Assembly: GCA_023334545.1 (NCBI GenBank)
Contig: JAADVB010000016.1
Coordinates: 62,001-126,000, forward strand
Reading direction: 5' to 3'
Length of the DNA stretch: 64,000 nt
Source: Salisapilia sapeloensis CBS 127946
Lineage: Eukaryota > Protista > Oomycota
Numbering within the stretch: position 1 is the stretch's first letter; every line of letters starts with the position of its first letter. The notes under the pieces are model-generated. The model was not told the origin of the DNA. It was given only the letters and a program-made list of their open reading frames with translations, and made no database searches. Positions 45,448 through 55,980 of the stretch are shown piece by piece. The position numbers were made by a program, and so were the translations under genes.

Positions 45448-46413
45448 TGCTATGGTATAGGTTTGAGCCTTGGCGTGAAAATCTTAAAATGATCCTCTCG
45501 TTTAAGATTTAACACGTACAATCTAGCTTTGCCCACTAGCTCAAATATATGGAGTCAGCCAAATACAGAACTTTGGGCTAGCAGGTACACATAACTACAG
45601 AATCATAGGAAGTGATACCTAAGAAAGAGAGTCTAAATTATACGTACGCCTGGCTTTATCTTATCCTTCTAAACTAGTTTCTGTAGCAAACCAATTTGAT
45701 AGATACCTCGAAGTCGGATGTGGCATTCTCATTCCCATCCAAGAAAAAACGGTACGAGCAATATTCTTATTCGACAAATAGGCCGGTCTTCGATTATCGC
45801 ATACTTTTTGGAGGTATGCAAATGTTTTGCGGATTCATCTCTATCCCGATAACTATCCAATACAGGAATAGACGATTGATGACTGCTCCTTGTGAAATAC
45901 TCGTTTTCTATTTAAAAGTTAGCTCATTCACGTCTGGCATCATATGATATCAAGATATGGAAGGTCGAAAATCTGGTGTCATCGAGCACATCAATCTTCA
46001 AATTGCTGCCAGTCATCATTCGATGCACTTTCCAACGTGACGAGCGGAAACTTGCGTCATATGTAAAAGCCGTACAAATCTTTCCTTCTACCAGCTAAAC
46101 TAGGTTACCACAAAGCACATAAGCAGAAGTACATTTACTTTGTACACAATAGATAAAGGTTATAATTTTCCACACCTTAGATGCCAGCGATGGATGCTTG
46201 GGCTCATCCTACAGACTGTCAAATTCAAACCTTGATTTTGATATGTGTCTGACACATGTGGTGCAAGCATATATGCACGGGCCGTTGTGCTTCAATACTT
46301 CTATCTACCGTATTAACAGTTTCGACACCACAAATGATACAGTCAGAACAGACCCAGGTATTCACAGGACTTGGTGAGAAGGTAAAATCCAGTATAAGTC
46401 AGAAGTGGTCGTC

Positions 46414-46650
46414 TACTCCCCTGCTTTTATTAGGGGGTTCAAAGTAGTAGAATTTTGTCTTTTATTTCTTGCAGTCTGATGCAGATGCTTTGATCGTCAG
46501 ATTTTGATGTTTTTGGAGTCTGATATGTAAACATCGAATGCTAATTATTTAAGAGCGATATTTATGCAGGTTGATGATCTCGAACACAGATGACTGATAA
46601 ATTTTGTCCGATTCCAGTACTTAAAACCCCCTATTAAAGGTGATAAAGTA
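46414..46650. mobile_element. Degenerate MITE-like element with terminal inverted repeats, TA-flanked
   Basis: 46424-46453 matches the reverse complement of 46611-46640 at 24 of 30 nt. Symmetric outer TACT...AGTA ends carry TA at 46414-46415 and 46649-46650. No internal ORF. Confidence 0.45.
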
Positions 46651-47399
46651 GACAATCCATTTAAATACAAATTTCAAGTATATTGTCATTCATTTCGTTT
46701 GTCTGGGCTATCTATCCTTTCTTTGTCATCTTAAGCATTCTCACTTTCACTTTATTTTTGTGTACCTTAAGTTGAATGTTTACTTGTACTCGCCGTAGCT
46801 CCTCCGGCGTTCATCGTTCTTTATTAATGCATGACAAGAAGGCCAGCGAAAATTAGCTATGTTTTGTTTATAATATGGGTCACGATTAAAAATTATATGG
46901 ACGCAATAAGCTAATGTTTACTTTATGGTGTCCGGATCTATCACAATACATCGACTCTATTCAGGGCTTTCAAGGTAACCTGCGTTTTAGCCCGAAGGTT
47001 TATCGGAGAAGTATTGCGATTCATATATCTAATTCTTGGAATGGAAAAGATAGATTTAATAAAATTCATTGTAAGGTAAGAAGAAGATAGGTGGTCAGCA
47101 AAAAATCGTGGATTGAGCTCATGGGTAGAAGAGAATAGATAAAGATATTAAGTCTAGCCATGTATGGATCGATCACCCAACTACCCGCACTATCATCATA
47201 ACCCTTAGAGAAAATTGCAATGAGATTAAAGATACAGAATGCTAGTACCCTCAGAAAGCACCACAAATGAATGCGCCATGATGAAGGTACTTTAAGAAAG
47301 CCTACTGCTCATGAACGCAGACTCCTCTCATCTCATTATTATCAAGATGATAGCATCATTTCTCTCTCTGTCTCTCTCTTCCTTCGGTCAAGCAAATAT

Positions 47400-48912
47400 C
47401 TAATCATCCTGCCGAAGTCGCATCTCAGTCATCTTTAGCCACACTAGTTTCCGATTACTCTCCGTATCCTTCAGATTAAGATCCGAGATACTCCTCCTCC
47501 ATACATTTCCAATCGTGGTATCCAACTCATTCTCTTTTCCAATGGCTCTTGGCAAAAAGTCGCCACCTGATGCGCTTCCCCTGGACTCAAAGATCTCAGC
47601 AGCAGCAGTGGACGATGATAGCTCGGCAAGTGCGTTTAGTGAACTATCCGTCGATGGACTTTGGTGATCTGAGTCAAACTCGTACACTTCACCAAGGTAA
47701 CATTCTTTCTCAGGCCACACACTCGAGTCTTCCTCTAAACGGAGACTCTGGATGGATCAACAAGAGTGGATGCACTGCCGTCGTTTTCATACCTTCCAGC
47801 TAGAAATTCTTGTCGAGCCACTTTATATGAATTTAATTTGCCAGCGAATTTATCACAATTAATGCAGAGCCGAACCTTTTTAGTCTCAAGCTTTAACTTG
47901 GGAAACACTTTAAGTAGCTCAAGAGGAACTGTACAATTCCCACAGACTACCGAATCACATAAATTGCAGGAGTAGGTTTTCTGGACGGGACCAAAGCGTT
48001 TTTTGCACAACTGACACTTGGGCGTGCTTTCATCTTCGCTGTCCGAAACAGAGCTCATGTAACCACCACATCCCGCATTTTTCATCTGAAGAAGCCAAGA
48101 TAGTTTTCTCATTTTCGCACAGCGCGCTGATGTCCAAGTGTCTATAAGTACATTCGACAAGGTGACGATGCCAATGGAGTCGAGAATATCATTGCCAATT
48201 AATTCGTAATATCCTTTGATGAACACTTCAACCGACTGGTTTGTTACGGGCTTAAAGAGAGTACACGATGAAAGACGATATCGTATAATGCCTTGTCCAT
48301 AGAGTGGGGAAGTGTAGGGCAAGTCGACTGAATGCATAAGCGCATAACTAATCCGCTCGTGTTAACTAATTTAGAGGATTCCAGTAGCGCGAATGCAAAC
48401 ACCATCTTTGTCTTTTGAGACGCCTCGAAGTGCTGAGCTTGGACTACCGGTCTGCCATAGGAGACAAGTGGAGCGATATGGATACTCCAGAGTTGGCTTT
48501 TCGACCGTCACAAGAATTTGGCAATTCCTCATTGGTGATCCCGCGTAGCTCATACCTTGCACAAAGCCTTCTTCGTCGCCGTAGACGACACCATATAGGA
48601 TGTCATCTACATTTTGTGGGATCATTCTATTACCAACGACAGCACGAGGCATTGCCAGCCAGCACTTTCAGTAGATTTATCTTTCACTACGTGCCTTAAC
48701 GGGTTCCGCTCTCGGTACATGGTCACATTGTCTGATGCCTTTATAGGTTTCCATGGTTTGCTGTCTATTCTCCGAGGTACCGACTTGTCGAACTTTTGGT
48801 AATGTCGGAGTGCTTCGTGGACGAGTATCATTGCAATACGCTTGCAATCAGTCTTCTTTGCTTCCGAGAGCGAAAAGCCTTCGTATTCATCTGCTGTCCA
48901 CTGGGCCGTCAT
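47400..48912 (-). pseudogene. Oomycete START-like plus FYVE-like domain gene, disabled
   Basis: WKPIKASDNVTMYRER, VDDILYG, HSVDLP and CQLC...CNLCDSVVCGNC...LCINC are typical of this family. It is broken by a frameshift near 48655, two in-frame TAA codons (48371-48373 and 48362-48364) and another frame change near 47735. Confidence 0.8.
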
Positions 48913-50078
48913 AAATTTATGTTACTGTCTGCGTATAAATTTGAAAATGGCGCGAAGACAAAATGCCAATCCTATAAGTGGAGACGATTTGGCGGGAATG
49001 CATCGCTGGCGTGCTTCCTCGATATCCCTTCTGTCCGGTTTGGAATACCTTGTGGCAGGCATTGTAGCATACCTCGGACAAAAGTGCGAAAATGGATATG
49101 AACATCACAAGTTTGTGACTATTTTGCTATGATCTTATCCTGCACTTGTTATCGCATGATCGAAGAGAATGACATCGATAACTGCAGAATGCCCGAGTAC
49201 ATGTTGCTGAAAAAAGTATATCCAGGAAAATAAGTAAAAGTTGCGAGAGCTGTCCATTTCATTGTTTCTCCTTTAATCGCGAATGTCTTTGTAACCTCCG
49301 AGGGAGCAAGATCGAGTACCACCCTCCTCGAGCTCCTGATAATTGAATCAGTAACATTACCATACTGTTTGAAGTGCCGTCTTTAAGAGACCTAGCTCCC
49401 TCTGAACGACACGCTCATCAAAATGGCTGGGATAGAACGATAAAGATACACATGCAAAGCTCAAGGGAAGTCCAGGTTTTCTCAGCGATACCCACCATGA
49501 GAACTAATTGTGTTTTCAGACCGATGAACTCTTTATCTCCATCTGACGGCGAAGGTAAATCATGCTGCGATAAGGAAAAACCAGGTTCTTGGACTTGGCT
49601 ATGCCAATGCCAAGTTGGACGCGTTAGTGTCTATTTTGCTTGACATTTAGTGTCTTGAGTTTTGAATGAAGCGAATTTGTCTAACTAGCAAATTGTGAAT
49701 GTTTTCGAGAGCTCTTGACTTGAACTGAATCTTGAAAGGATCGAGTAATTGGAACCTAGCGCGTACACCTCACTCCCCCTTCATCATTTAAACCACTATC
49801 GGCATGGAATACTGGAACCACGGCGTGTGAAAAGCTCCCACCACGCACCAATTAGTCATTGATGAAACCCCCATCTTCATATATTTATTCACGTTTCCAC
49901 CATAATTCTCTTTATTCGTCATATATCGAATGTATCCTTCGATAACTCCAGCATCTATTCGTGCTTTGACAATCTCCAACCCATCCAGCAAGCTGCTAGT
50001 GCCAGAAAGATCGCCTCTGGAGATACGCCTCGTCTTTTCTGATAACTGCATATGGTAGGACTTGAAGACGCATTCTCT

Positions 50079-50093
50079 TCATTTTCGATTTCT
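50079..50093 (+). promoter_or_regulatory. Inr/FPR-like core promoter of the aldehyde dehydrogenase gene
   Basis: TCATTTTCGATTTCT lies about 65-75 nt upstream of ATG 50155 and resembles the oomycete YCATTYY-NCAWTTT consensus. Confidence 0.45.
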
Positions 50094-50154
50094 CTCCGTA
50101 AGAACTAAGTCAGTAGATCTATAAGTCGATTTGCTTTCAGCCAAACTCATTATA

Positions 50155-51648
50155 ATGGAAGATCTGCCAAAGCTATCAAAACTCTACATCAATGGTGAAT
50201 GGGTCTCGCCATTAGATGGTGGATCTATGGAAGTAGTCAATCCAGCCACGGAAGAAGTCATCCAGTCGGTTGGGAGGGGAACGAAACGTGATATCGACGT
50301 CGCTGTCCAAGCAGCTAGAGAAGCGTTTACTACGTGGGGCATCACCACAGGACATGAGCGAGCAAAATTTCTCCGCGCAATGGCTGATGCAGTCGAAAAA
50401 CGTATGGATCCTCTAGCCTTCATGGATACCATCGACTGTGGAAAGCCCCTTCCAGAGTCGAAATGGGATATTGAAGACGTTGTTGCTTGCTTTCGGTACT
50501 ATGCCGATCTAGCTGAACATCTTGACGGCCGTCAAAACGAAGAAGTCGACATACCTGATAATGAATTCACCGGGCAGCTCCGCTATGAGCCAGTCGGAGT
50601 TGTCGCTGCCATCGTCCCTTGGAATTTCCCCATGCTCATGAGCTTGTGGAAAGTAGCACCAGCACTGGCTGCCGGGTGTACGATGGTTCTTAAGCCTTCA
50701 GAGCTAACTCCACTATCTGCTCTCCAGCTTGGACACATCGCGACGGAAGTCGGACTGCCTCAAGGTGTCTTAAATGTTATCACAGGTGATGGCCCAGAAG
50801 CTGGTGCTCCATTGTCAGAGCATCCGGATGTGGATAAAGTCGCTTTCACAGGTAGTGTGCCTACTGGAAGCAAGGTTATGTCTGCAGCAGCTCAAGGTAT
50901 CAAGACCATCTCGTTGGAGTTAGGAGGCAAATCTGCTTCTATTGTGTTTGACGATAAGAACATCGAGAGAACAGTCGAATGGGTCATGTTCGGATGCTTT
51001 GGCGTGAACGGTCAGATCTGTAGTGCCACTTCTCGTCTACTTATCCATGAGGACATTGCAGACAAATTCCTGGAAAGACTGGCCGCTGAAGTAACAAAAA
51101 TGAAGGTTGGTAATCCGACGGAAGCTGACGTAAAGGTTGGTCCTCTTGTCAGTCGACCGCAGCAGCAAAAGGTTCTTGCGTACATTGATTCTGCAGTGAA
51201 GGAAGGAGCAAAAATCTTTGTACAAGCATCTCCTGATGCAATTGACAATCATGGAAAAGGGTATTACGTGCATCCGACTGTGTTGACCAGCGTCTCGGAA
51301 GACATGAAAGTCTGGAAGGAAGAGATTTTCGGGCCAGTGCTATCCGTCATGACTTTCAAGAACGAAGAGCAGGCAGTGAAAATGGCCAATGCATCTGACT
51401 ATGGTCTTGCAGCGGCTATTTTCTCATCTGACAGTGAGCAACTACGCCGTGTCACGAAGGCATTGCGTGTTGGCATCGTCTGGCACAACTGCTCCCAACC
51501 GACATTCGTGCAGTTGCCATGGGGTGGCATGAAAAAGAGCGGAGTCGGCAGAGAGCTCGGAACGTTCGGTCTTGACGCATACCTTGAGCCAAAACAAGTC
51601 TGCAGCTACGTTGCAGACAAGCCTCTTGGATGGTATCTGTCCAACTAA
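50155..51648 (+). CDS. Betaine/amino-aldehyde dehydrogenase (ALDH10/BADH type)
   Basis: IVPWNFP, KPSELTP, FTGS, LELGGKS, NGQICSATSRL, EEIFGPV and WGGMKKSGVGRELG...KQV...KPLGWY as in ALDH10. Intronless. Confidence 0.92.
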   Translation: MEDLPKLSKLYINGEWVSPLDGGSMEVVNPATEEVIQSVGRGTKRDIDVAVQAAREAFTTWGITTGHERAKFLRAMADAVEKRMDPLAFMDTIDCGKPLPESKWDIEDVVACFRYYADLAEHLDGRQNEEVDIPDNEFTGQLRYEPVGVVAAIVPWNFPMLMSLWKVAPALAAGCTMVLKPSELTPLSALQLGHIATEVGLPQGVLNVITGDGPEAGAPLSEHPDVDKVAFTGSVPTGSKVMSAAAQGIKTISLELGGKSASIVFDDKNIERTVEWVMFGCFGVNGQICSATSRLLIHEDIADKFLERLAAEVTKMKVGNPTEADVKVGPLVSRPQQQKVLAYIDSAVKEGAKIFVQASPDAIDNHGKGYYVHPTVLTSVSEDMKVWKEEIFGPVLSVMTFKNEEQAVKMANASDYGLAAAIFSSDSEQLRRVTKALRVGIVWHNCSQPTFVQLPWGGMKKSGVGRELGTFGLDAYLEPKQVCSYVADKPLGWYLSN

Positions 51649-51956
51649 GTGGAAATGTACACATCGAACAAGTTCACAACAATACTTTTACCGACAACTT
51701 GTGTCTAGTTTCGTTCCTGTATTAGGCATCATAAACACACAGAATCCCTTATACTCTCTACGCAGAGCAAAGTAGTTTCCTACGTATCGTCAATGCTGGT
51801 AGACTTCACGCTCCTGTTGTCGTCATACTCAAATCTGACAGAAACTTCAATATGTCTGTTACAAGATAGTAGTCGCAAATAACATATAGCGAACGGTACT
51901 CGCCATGCCTTCCGAACCACAAAAAGAGCCCCTCCCAAAGGAAAAAAGGAATAAAG

Positions 51957-52253
51957 ATGAGCGCTAAGGGATCCTCGTTGTGGCGTGTTGCCGGCATGTC
52001 GTACCTTCAGTACGTGAACAAGAGCGCCGGCCACTTGCGTGCGGCCGTGAAGGAGCCGAAGAAGGCCAAGATTGCTACCCGTGACTCGGTGAACTTTGCT
52101 GGATTCAAGTGGGCCAATGCTGAACGTGGCGTTCGCGGTATGTCGTGCATGCGTTCTTTTGATAAGTATATATCTGTACTAAGTGTGATATGTATTCTAG
52201 CCGACGTGAACTCGTTGGAAAAGGCAGCGGAAGTCTTTAAGACGTCGGCGTAA
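51957..52253 (+). CDS. ATP5F1E: Mitochondrial ATP synthase F1 epsilon subunit, 2 exons
   Basis: WRVAGMSYLQYVNKSAGHLRAAVKE is the epsilon signature. One 63-nt intron at 52138-52200. Confidence 0.9.
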   Translation: MSAKGSSLWRVAGMSYLQYVNKSAGHLRAAVKEPKKAKIATRDSVNFAGFKWANAERGVRGMSCMRSFDKYISVLSVICILADVNSLEKAAEVFKTSA

Positions 52254-52344
52254 ACTCTTCGAATGGAGCTTAAACAGGAATGAAAGACACTTTCGAGCGA
52301 AATACGCTTACTGCATTCTCCACTTTAACTACTCCAACTACGTT

Positions 52345-53505
52345 CTAGTATTCAACCCATTGATACCGATGGCGGCGTAAGAGTGAACGTTCCTGCTCTT
52401 GCCTTCGTTTTACAATAGCACCCTTGGTCACGTGATATAGCATCACGGGAGGCACGACGACGACGGCGAGACCGGCGCCAGCAACCACCACGACGGATCC
52501 GACTGCTACCAGCGCTGTTTTGCTCACTACCCGCAACGGCGTCCAGCAGCCGAGTCGAGGGTCTTTCGACCGGAGAAACGACAATGGCGCACAAAGAGCT
52601 TCATCATGGTTTTGCCAGCTACGAAGGCAGGACCAACAGAAAGAGTAGTCGCAGTGGAAGCACGTCATGTGTGTACACCCTCCGTTCTTCTCAATGTCAG
52701 CTCGACATCGAGGACAGCTTCGGACGTTATGTGCTTTTTTCCAATGATGATACCGTTTCTCCGTTCGTCTACAAGTCGGTAGCGCGTGAAAGTCTCGACC
52801 GCATCGCATGCAAGATTCGTGTTCGCATGCGCTGCAGTGGCCTCGACGAGTGGATGTGAATAGAGCTTCGTCGAGTATCGCGCCACATCCAGCTCGTGGG
52901 CAAAAGCGAATACCTGCTTTCTGATTCTTTAAAAAGGTTTTGTACTTGGCAAACAATTCGGGGGCAATAGATGCTTGCACTAGTCTTTCGGTTAATGGTT
53001 GCGTGCAATGAGGTGTCGGACAAACGAGTTTCTTGTCCGAGACCTCTCCTTCCATGACTTTGAACTCTATATACCATCGCATGCAGACGTTGCACACGAC
53101 ACCGCTGCAGGTGAGGCATGTCTGTGTCTGGTGTGCATCAACTTCCTCTAAACATATCTGGCACAATCGCAGCGGATGCGAGTCAACCGAGCAGTCCTCT
53201 GCTTGATGGGACGGTGTGGTGACATCCGAGTGCTCAGATGCAGATGAGAAGGGCGACTTATGCGTCTGCCACCACTGACGAAGGAGCAGATCCTGGTACG
53301 CATCAATACTCGTTTGTGGCCGCACAAGATCGCTATTGGAAGAGCGCATATTGGACGTCGACGAAGAGCGGTGGATCCGCTTGTCGCACGATGCGTACAC
53401 CTCGGAGAGTGTGGTCGGGAGCAAAGTGACGGGTGGATGCTTCGGACTCGTCGCGGTGGAGAAAGAGGAGTTCATCCTCGTCATGCTTTCTCCCGCGGTT
53501 TTCAA
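52345..53505 (-). CDS. RBR (RING1-IBR-RING2) E3 ubiquitin ligase with C-terminal hydrophobic anchor
   Basis: CQICLE...CNVCMRWYIE...CPTPHC (RING1), FCPRAGC...CSACEHESCMRC (IBR), CPRCRADIEKNGGCTHMTCFHCDYSFCWSC (RING2) and a TM-like VAVGSVVVVAGAGLAVVVVPP. Confidence 0.92.
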   Translation of the reverse strand: MKTAGESMTRMNSSFSTATSPKHPPVTLLPTTLSEVYASCDKRIHRSSSTSNMRSSNSDLVRPQTSIDAYQDLLLRQWWQTHKSPFSSASEHSDVTTPSHQAEDCSVDSHPLRLCQICLEEVDAHQTQTCLTCSGVVCNVCMRWYIEFKVMEGEVSDKKLVCPTPHCTQPLTERLVQASIAPELFAKYKTFLKNQKAGIRFCPRAGCGAILDEALFTSTRRGHCSACEHESCMRCGRDFHALPTCRRTEKRYHHWKKAHNVRSCPRCRADIEKNGGCTHMTCFHCDYSFCWSCLRSWQNHDEALCAPLSFLRSKDPRLGCWTPLRVVSKTALVAVGSVVVVAGAGLAVVVVPPVMLYHVTKGAIVKRRQEQERSLLRRHRYQWVEY

Positions 53506-53761
53506 ACAAGCGTCCGACGACGGACGTTACCGTATCGAGTGGATGGATGCCTCTTGGTTACAAAATTCGGGAGTGATCAATTCGGCTCTGCCGCTTGATC
53601 TCTTCCTTTTTCTACGTGCAATTTCTTTCTATCTCGACGCACCCACGAAGATGGGAGGGAACCGACCGCTCAGGATTGTAGCAACGGAAAATGCACGTAA
53701 CGACCTGGCAACTTCAAACACGAGTTCCTGGCTTTCCGCCAACAGACGCAAGTACATTTAT

Positions 53762-55809
53762 TTACATGACTGTTCCTGTCGTCTTGAGTGTCGGGCTCGG
53801 TCGAGTGAGCTCTGGTAGAACTGTCGAGTCGACGTCCTGGTGAAGTCGTGCTAACTTTACAGGTGGGTTTCGAGCACATGAATCCGAAGGGTGTATTTGA
53901 CTAGAATTCATCGGAGATTGCGGGTGCGATAGTAGTTTGATACTATCTTTGGCCTGTGATAACTTTAATGAATACTTTATTCTGGAAGGATGAAAAATAT
54001 GTTGATGACGTACCGGAGATGATTTTCTACTAAGTTTTGTGGAAGGATTCGACGGCTTGATCGGACTACGGATACATTCGCGTGTCAACAAGGGATTGGA
54101 ATCAGCTACTAGACTGGCCATTTGTACCTTGGCGGCTTGATTTTCGCACTTGCTTCGACTTTCAATGCCTTCGTTTCCTGGCGCTTCTGATCAACCTGTG
54201 CAAGGTACGACATGAACGATAACACATCAAATGTATCTTCATCTACACATACCTTCTCCACCATTTCCTCGAACGTGCTGCAGCTGGATCCGAAGACTGT
54301 TGTACCAAATATTGAAGCAAGCACGAGCGAGGCGCCTCGTCTATGGTACACGGTTACTCCGTCCGCACGCGTTGGACTTCCCATTTCGTCCACGCTGGAT
54401 CGCAGACTAAAACCCAACCCAATACCAAAGATATTCTTTACTCCTTCTGCTTTCCCTCCTTTCATAATCTGTAGTCTACCTTGAAGGTCCAGTTGCACGA
54501 CACCATGCTCTTGTATAAATCGTATGCGCTTTCCACTAGAGTTCGTAGCTGGTATCATGTTACTCTTGTAGCCACAGCTCCAGATGATAGCGTCTGCCGA
54601 CTCGTAGGCTCTTAGCATCAAGTTCGGACACCCTTGTGGGTTTATCTGAAAGAGACGAACACGCTGCTCTTTTCCACTACGGATCGCCTGATAAAGCCGC
54701 TTCGAGTCTGCTCGTAGACCAGTAAACGTGTTCACGCATCCACTTCTATCCGTTCGACTACCGTCTGCTCCATCTGCCTCGGCATCTTTCCTTGTAAGGT
54801 AGAAGAGTCGAATTGGGGATCGATGTAGCAACGTGATATCGCGTGGTTTAAATGTGATTTCCTTTGACGTCTTTGTGCATGAATCGAGCGATGCCGTTTG
54901 CGTCTTGCTTGACTCCGTACCAGTCTTATCATCTGTATTGTTACTAGTAATCGGCGCAAGCTTCAAAGCTTTTCTTGGTGTTGCTACAGCATCTAATTTA
55001 GGCTTCTGGATACCCAAAAGGATATTCGCAATTGAGAATGAACTGTGGGATCCACCAACAATGCATACACGACTCCCATTGCGTTTGCGTAGATGCTCCT
55101 GCAATTGCTGCATACCTTCATCTCGGAGACACCAATCTGACATGAACAGTTTGGCACTGTGCAAAGGGTTGTCTAACGTAGGCTTCTCCTGAACACCTCC
55201 GGTTGCCAGCACTAAATGCTCCGCTCGGTAGGACATTCTCCTTCCGGATCCATTCACTTTTTCCGTTTCAACTTGTATCGTCCCGTCATTCAAGACCTGG
55301 TATCCGATAGCTCGAGTATGCAATAGGCATTGACTTGTTGGACTGTATTTCTGTATCTCCGAGAGCGTACACTGCCCAACATGCCTTAAGAAATCTCCAA
55401 AGTCTTTTAAACTGGCGGTCGCAGCTCCAATATCGTCCAACTTTTTCGCTGACTCGTGTTCTCTCACTTGCTCCAAGAAGGTATTCTTAATGCTTTCAGC
55501 CGGATCCAAGTCTGGTCTTTCATCTAGTACGCTGCTCGTAACGCTTTTCGCAAACGTGTTCGAGTTATTAATGTACTCGCCAAGGTTTCCACTCCCAAAA
55601 CTCGATTCATCTCCGTTGTGAAGTACCAAAACACCGTGCTGCTTTAAATCAAGTCTTCGAGATCGCGCAATATCTTCGGCTTTACCATTGTGTGTAGGAT
55701 CCAGAAGTCGAGGTAAGTAGCCCAGCCTGGCTGCTCTAATAAGCACACCTGTACCAGCCGGCCCGCCTCCAACTATCACCAACTTATACAATGCGTCATT
55801 GCTTTCCAT
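53762..55809 (-). CDS. FAD/NAD(P)-binding oxidoreductase-like protein of unknown function, with short 3-prime introns
   Basis: N-terminal Rossmann motif LVIVGGGPAGTG, LVLATGG, a second motif VCIVGGSHS, IIWSCGY and IFGIGLG. The low-complexity C-terminus is reached through three GT-AG introns. Confidence 0.7.
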
Positions 55810-55980
55810 TCTGACAAGAGCCCCACCGTGGCTCGAATAGATGAGTCACGAAAGCGATTGATGAGGTTTAGCACTGAAGCTCGCAAATGTGATGGGGAGA
55901 TCATCCTGTGTGTCTGGATCAAGTAGATAAGAATAGATTCTGTCCTGCTGGATAAGGCTTAAAGTCTTCTGTCAATCTTT

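Noticed and set aside
45600-46400. Stop-rich frames suggestive of a degraded transposase
   Set aside because: No DDE, zinc-finger or RT motif could be identified.
47066-47266. Short hydrophobic ORF (GYD...W..DPY), possibly a membrane-protein fragment
   Set aside because: Too short, GTG/TTG-type start, and no supporting flanking exons.
49150-50051. Fragmented minus-strand frames including WCVVGAFHTPWF, reminiscent of purple acid phosphatase
   Set aside because: The other metal-binding motifs (GDLSY, GNHE, GHVH) are not found in order, so the family call is unsupported.
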